Program-made: the position numbers and the translations under genes
Shown: piece by piece, positions 60,224 to 64,000 of the stretch
How positions within the stretch are numbered: the first letter of the stretch is position 1
Layout of the letters: each line of letters starts with the position of its first letter
The notes under the pieces: model-generated
What the model was told of the DNA's origin: nothing
Seen by the model: the letters and a program-made list of their open reading frames with translations, nothing else
Database searches by the model: none
Source of the DNA: an uncultured Gammaproteobacteria bacterium
Lineage (GTDB): Bacteria; Patescibacteriota; Patescibacteriia; JAHIZJ01
NCBI GenBank assembly: GCA_964371245.1
Contig: CAYJKP010000001.1
Location: 571,042 to 635,041, forward strand
Reading direction: 5' to 3'
Length of the DNA stretch: 64,000 nt

Positions 60224-60658
60224 ATGAGGTGCGTAGCCCCGGCCACTCTCGTTGCGCCTCCGGCTGAGCGCACGGCGACATGGGTCGCGGTCGGCGATCG
60301 CGTCGTGTGTTATGTTGATGATCGTGCCAGGTTCTTTCCGAATGACGATCAGCTGGCTTTCTCGGACGCGTGGGTCACCGGCAGGGTCACGATTGCTTGT
60401 CCCCCTGGGCGGTGCCTCAAGCAACCGTACGCGTCCGTGGCCCTTGATCGAACGATCTTCCTGCAACCCAACCCCCATCGTCCGACAAACTCTCTTCGCC
60501 GTGAGATCGTCCTACTCTGGACCAGTCCGCGCATGCTTCGACGAGAGGAGTATCAACAGTTGCGCTCCGACCGTACGGCACTTGACGTCTGGCGGCTAGC
60601 TGCAATGATCCAAGAAGATCACTCCCCTCATTCGCTCGCGCATTTCGATCCGGAATGA
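60224..60658 (+). CDS. Hypothetical protein
   Basis: AAGGAGG SD, terminator downstream. Confidence 0.55.
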   Translation: MRCVAPATLVAPPAERTATWVAVGDRVVCYVDDRARFFPNDDQLAFSDAWVTGRVTIACPPGRCLKQPYASVALDRTIFLQPNPHRPTNSLRREIVLLWTSPRMLRREEYQQLRSDRTALDVWRLAAMIQEDHSPHSLAHFDPE

Positions 60659-60696
60659 TGCCGAGTCGAGATCGGTCTCAGCCCCTTGTGACTCAT

Positions 60697-61164
60697 TCAC
60701 AAGGGCTTTTCTTTTCCAATATTTCCCAACACTCCTTCTGCGAACTTTTGAGCTCGTCGACAATCACGAGTGTTCGGCCGACCGCGATATAAGCCGCCGA
60801 TGTATCTAAATATCCCCCAGCTATCCCAACCCGGGCAATCATATTCGCCAATGATCCGGTATTTTTTGTCCACCAGTATCCGGCGCAACTCTTGGTGGCT
60901 GCCGAACCAGGCGCCGTGAGTTGAAAATATAAAAACAGGGAAACCCACGCGTTCAGGCAGCCGGCCGGCAAAATCCAGCAGCGCCTGGTGGTGTTTCCAA
61001 AAATAAATACCCGAACCAAAACCGACCAAATCATATTCCATAACTTCTTCGGGTTTTATCGTAAACGGCTTCCTCAAATCGGCCGACAAAACATCGCCCA
61101 TTTTCCGGGCGATGGTTTCTGTATTCTGGTGGTGGATTGATTGGTAGATGATGAGCGTCTTCAC
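60697..61164 (-). CDS. Flavodoxin family protein
   Basis: IIYQSIHHQNT, GFGSGIY, FSTHG, GRPN. Confidence 0.9.
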   Translation of the reverse strand: MKTLIIYQSIHHQNTETIARKMGDVLSADLRKPFTIKPEEVMEYDLVGFGSGIYFWKHHQALLDFAGRLPERVGFPVFIFSTHGAWFGSHQELRRILVDKKYRIIGEYDCPGWDSWGIFRYIGGLYRGRPNTRDCRRAQKFAEGVLGNIGKEKPL

Positions 61165-61228
61165 TATATTTATCTCATCGGTTGTATTCACTCGGCTCAA
61201 CTTAATTTATTACTACTCATGACAAGTT

Positions 61229-61320
61229 TGGCTCCGGGGCAGGGACTCGAACCCCGATACCTGCCTCCAAAGGGTGGTGTCCCCGCCTCCGCGGCGGATC
61301 GCCGATGAGGCGACTACCGT
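61229..61320 (-). pseudogene. 3' portion of an interrupted/chimeric tRNA-Gln(TTG)
   Basis: CTTTGGA loop, T-arm and CCCCGGA-GCCA present; D-arm interrupted by hairpin insert; anticodon stem mismatched. Confidence 0.7.
61283..61317 (-). repeat. GTAG double-hairpin element, copy 1
   Basis: GTAG-TCGCC-TCATC-GGCGA-T-CCGCC-GCGGA-GGCGG; recurs at 61744-61778. Confidence 0.85.
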
Positions 61321-61332
61321 TTATCCTCCAAG

Positions 61333-61403
61333 CTCGGGGACCAGGATTCGAACCTGGATAACCACCTCCAAAGGGTGGTGTCCTACCGTTAGACGATCCC
61401 CGA
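61333..61403 (-). tRNA. tRNA-Gln(TTG), CCA not encoded
   Basis: TCGGGGA...CCACC-CTTTGGA-GGTGG...CCAGG-TTCGAAT-CCTGG-TCCCCGA-G. Confidence 0.93.
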
Positions 61404-61422
61404 GCCTGAATGACAAATTATT

Positions 61423-61698
61423 CTACGTTTCAATGAGCTTAGTATCTTTAAGATACGATTTGATTTTATCACGTAATATTTCTCTACCGTACCCTGACTT
61501 AAAAAATATTTCCGCCTTTACTGCATCCTCTTTTACGGCGTAGGCCTCATAAAAAGCGAGTTCAAAGGGTCTTTGTTTTCTGGTATAGCCGCCTCCGATA
61601 CCGAGATTATGTTCGCGCACTCTTCGCTCAATATCACAGGTACTTCCTACATATAGGCTGTTTGTTTTCAAGCTTCGTAAAACATACACGTACCACAT
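61423..61698 (-). CDS. GIY-YIG nuclease family protein
   Basis: WYVYVLRS...YVGST..IERR..EHN.G. Confidence 0.93.
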   Translation of the reverse strand: MWYVYVLRSLKTNSLYVGSTCDIERRVREHNLGIGGGYTRKQRPFELAFYEAYAVKEDAVKAEIFFKSGYGREILRDKIKSYLKDTKLIET

Positions 61699-61740
61699 AA
61701 TAACCTTATTGCTCTCCCTGCAATCTTCCAAAATGATCCG

Positions 61741-61796
61741 GTCCCCGCCTCCGCGGCGGGTCGCCGATGAGGCGACTACCATTAGACGACCCCGGA
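61741..61796 (-). pseudogene. 5' portion of the interrupted tRNA-Gln, with hairpin element copy 2
   Basis: TCCGGGGTCGTCTAATGGTAG complements the acceptor strand CCCCGGA at about 61233-61239. Confidence 0.7.
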
Positions 61797-61891
61797 TCAA
61801 AAACCGCTATTATTATCGACACCCACCGCGCCTACAAACAAAAAATGGGCGTATCACCCATATCCTAGCAAACAATCGAAGTTTTTTCAAC

Positions 61892-63220
61892 TCATTTAAG
61901 AAATAAATAAATTATACTCGCGATGGCGACAATAATCATGAAAATAGTAATTATCCATCCCAGAACATTTACTGGCCGATTATTGGCGTATTCACCCAGG
62001 TGTTTTTTGCTGCTGCTGATAAGCATGATAAAAACCATCAGGATGGGCGCGATAATGCCATTAAGAATGGCCGCGTAAATCAACGCCTTGATCGGATCGA
62101 GACCGATGAAATTGATGGCAAAACCAATGACAATGGCGGCAATAATCACACCATAAAAAGCGTAGGCGTTTTTTAATTTCCGATAGAGTCCTTCGTGCCA
62201 ACGAAAACTTTCTGAAAATGCATAGGCGGCTGAACCAGCTAAAACCGGTATCGCCAGCAGTCCGATCCCGATGATACCAACGGCGAAAAGAAGGGTGGCA
62301 TACTGTCCAGCGAACGGCCGAAGCGCCTCAGCGGCCTGAGCGGCAGTGTCGATGTTCATAATTCCCGCCGGGTGTAAAACCGCTCCCGTTGTTAAAATAA
62401 TAAAAAACATGACGATATTTGAAAAGAACATACCGGTCCAAACGTCCCGGCGCATGGCCTGGATCTCCGGCCAATTATCTTCTTGCGATCGGGCTTTTAT
62501 CGTCGTTTGGCCGCCTAAGATTTCTTCCTCGACTTCTTGGGAGGCCTGCCAAAAAAAGAGGTACGGCGAAATAGTCGTGCCAAGAATGCCACAAATCAGG
62601 AGGATTTGATCACGCGATAATTGCAGTGACGGGATAACGGCTCGACGCGCGACTTCTCCCCAATCAACGCCTTTGAGCGTTAAGGCGGTAATCACATAGG
62701 CAAGCAAAACAAGGGCCAATATTTTCAGTACTTTTGAATACTTGCGATACGAGGTGAATATTTCCAAAATCAGCGTTACCACGGTAAAGCCGATGAGCAA
62801 TATGGCGTATTTTAATTGGGGAGCTAACAGTTTCGTCGCCTCGGCCATGGCGCCGAGATCCGCACCGATATTAAACGTATTGGCAATAAATAACAGCACC
62901 GTGCAAAGATACAGCATCCAGCGAGGAAAGTGGAGGCGAATATTGGCCGCTAAGCCACGGCCAGTAACCAAGCCAATCCGGGCGCACATTTCCTGGACGA
63001 TCGTCATGAACGGAAACGTAAATGCCGCCAACCAAAGGAGCTGGAAGCCGAAACGGCTCCCCGTTTGCGAATATGTGGCGATACCGGACGGATCATCGTC
63101 GGCCGCCCCAGTCGTTAAACCAGGACCGAGTTGATGCCAAAACCGGCCCAGCCTTCTCAAACGATTGGATATGTTGGGACGGCGAGGGTTTGGCTTTACG
63201 GTTGGTGGTTTTTTTGGCAC
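61892..63220 (-). CDS. NRAMP family divalent metal transporter
   Basis: GPGLTTGAADDDPSGIATYSQ, GTTISPYLFFWQ. Confidence 0.93.
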   Translation of the reverse strand: MPKKPPTVKPNPRRPNISNRLRRLGRFWHQLGPGLTTGAADDDPSGIATYSQTGSRFGFQLLWLAAFTFPFMTIVQEMCARIGLVTGRGLAANIRLHFPRWMLYLCTVLLFIANTFNIGADLGAMAEATKLLAPQLKYAILLIGFTVVTLILEIFTSYRKYSKVLKILALVLLAYVITALTLKGVDWGEVARRAVIPSLQLSRDQILLICGILGTTISPYLFFWQASQEVEEEILGGQTTIKARSQEDNWPEIQAMRRDVWTGMFFSNIVMFFIILTTGAVLHPAGIMNIDTAAQAAEALRPFAGQYATLLFAVGIIGIGLLAIPVLAGSAAYAFSESFRWHEGLYRKLKNAYAFYGVIIAAIVIGFAINFIGLDPIKALIYAAILNGIIAPILMVFIMLISSSKKHLGEYANNRPVNVLGWIITIFMIIVAIASIIYLFLK

Positions 63221-63254
63221 GCTCTAAAAGTTATCGAGCACCTGTATCGTTATA

Positions 63255-64000
63255 TTATACCTTCAAATGCCGACCAATCGCGATCATTGACGAAATCACC
63301 GAGAGAATCAAAGCCACAATCAGCTGAAGACCGAATATTTCGAAAAAATGGCTGGCAAAGTAACTCGCAATATTCAGATCATAGCCCTGGAAAAAGTTCG
63401 TTATTTGGGGTGAAATGACTTTTAACAACGGATAGAGTATGCCCGTGGAGATTGCCGTCGCGAGCAATGCATAGATTACGCTTTCGAGAATGAATGGTCC
63501 GCGGATAAACCAACCCGTCGCACCGACCAAGCGCATAATGCCGATCTCTTCGCGATGCGTGTAGATCGTGATCCGAATAGTGTTAAAAATTACCAGGATC
63601 GCGATAATTATAAACGTGACGCTCATCACTAAGGCGACCTGATATAACCGATCAGTGATATTCGTCAATCGCCGGATAACAGTTTGATAATCCTCGAAAT
63701 CTTTGTCATAAATAAGCTGGCTGTAACTTGGGTCTGACAATACCTGCAAAACCTCATTTGATTTATTGAGATCTTTCACGCGGATGATCAGGGTTGAGCC
63801 GAGCGGATTGTCCGCTAACACCTCCAGCGTTTCTTGGATAACCGGATCGTCCTTATACCGTTCTTTGAATGAGGCCAGCGATTGCTCCTTCGGAATAAAC
63901 GTTACGTCCTTCACGGCCTCGAGTGTTTGGAGGCGCGCCTGGATCGCTTGGATTTCCTTTTCGGCCACATCGGGATTGAAATATACGCTCAAGTCGACTT
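63255..64000 (-). CDS. ftsX: Cell division permease FtsX (5'-truncated by window)
   Basis: NTIRITI..REEIGIMRLVGAT.WFIRGPF..E. Confidence 0.92.
   Translation of the reverse strand, partial: VDLSVYFNPDVAEKEIQAIQARLQTLEAVKDVTFIPKEQSLASFKERYKDDPVIQETLEVLADNPLGSTLIIRVKDLNKSNEVLQVLSDPSYSQLIYDKDFEDYQTVIRRLTNITDRLYQVALVMSVTFIIIAILVIFNTIRITIYTHREEIGIMRLVGATGWFIRGPFILESVIYALLATAISTGILYPLLKVISPQITNFFQGYDLNIASYFASHFFEIFGLQLIVALILSVISSMIAIGRHLKV

Noticed and set aside
61229-61796. Self-splicing intron or CRISPR interpretation of the repeats in the tRNA-Gln locus
   Set aside because: No group I/II core recognised, the break is in the D-arm, only two repeat copies and no cas genes.
61830-61890. Gln-sensing leader upstream of the tRNA-Gln locus
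   Set aside because: The short ORF (MGDTPIFCL) has no Gln codons; the hairpin is better explained as the NRAMP gene terminator.

Overview
A 64-kb chromosomal segment, most likely from a Patescibacteria (CPR) genome. This is inferred from the compact housekeeping content, orphan single-domain response regulators, Asn/Thr-rich surface proteins and a GIY-YIG gene in a tRNA locus. Core genes are mostly on the minus strand: 5' half of the F-ATPase operon, rmuC, tatD, metG, rsmI, glyS, a Clp ATPase, tgt, recO, ileS, argS and ftsX. smpB-tmRNA and infC-rpmI-rplT are on the plus strand. Short orphan genes with their own promoter, SD and terminator are scattered among them. The main result is three candidate ribosome-mediated transcription attenuators with full classical geometry but unusual targets. 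(1) A 16-aa Asn-rich leader (MTRSNLMIRVNNFNQF) gates a tRNA-Asn gene and an ABC exporter. (2) A YerC/TrpR-like repressor has tandem operators, and its own C-terminal His-His codons appear to act as the leader peptide gating a radical SAM/SPASM gene. (3) A 29-aa Ile/Phe-rich leader gates an orphan gene. Also present: a tRNA-Gln locus split by a GTAG-hairpin/GIY-YIG element, a dispersed MITE-like palindromic repeat, a membrane-anchored Clp ATPase with a degenerate first AAA module, and a YLDPGSG-peptide/kinase-methyltransferase/sulfatase-like operon. All calls were made by eye; no searches or folding programs were run.
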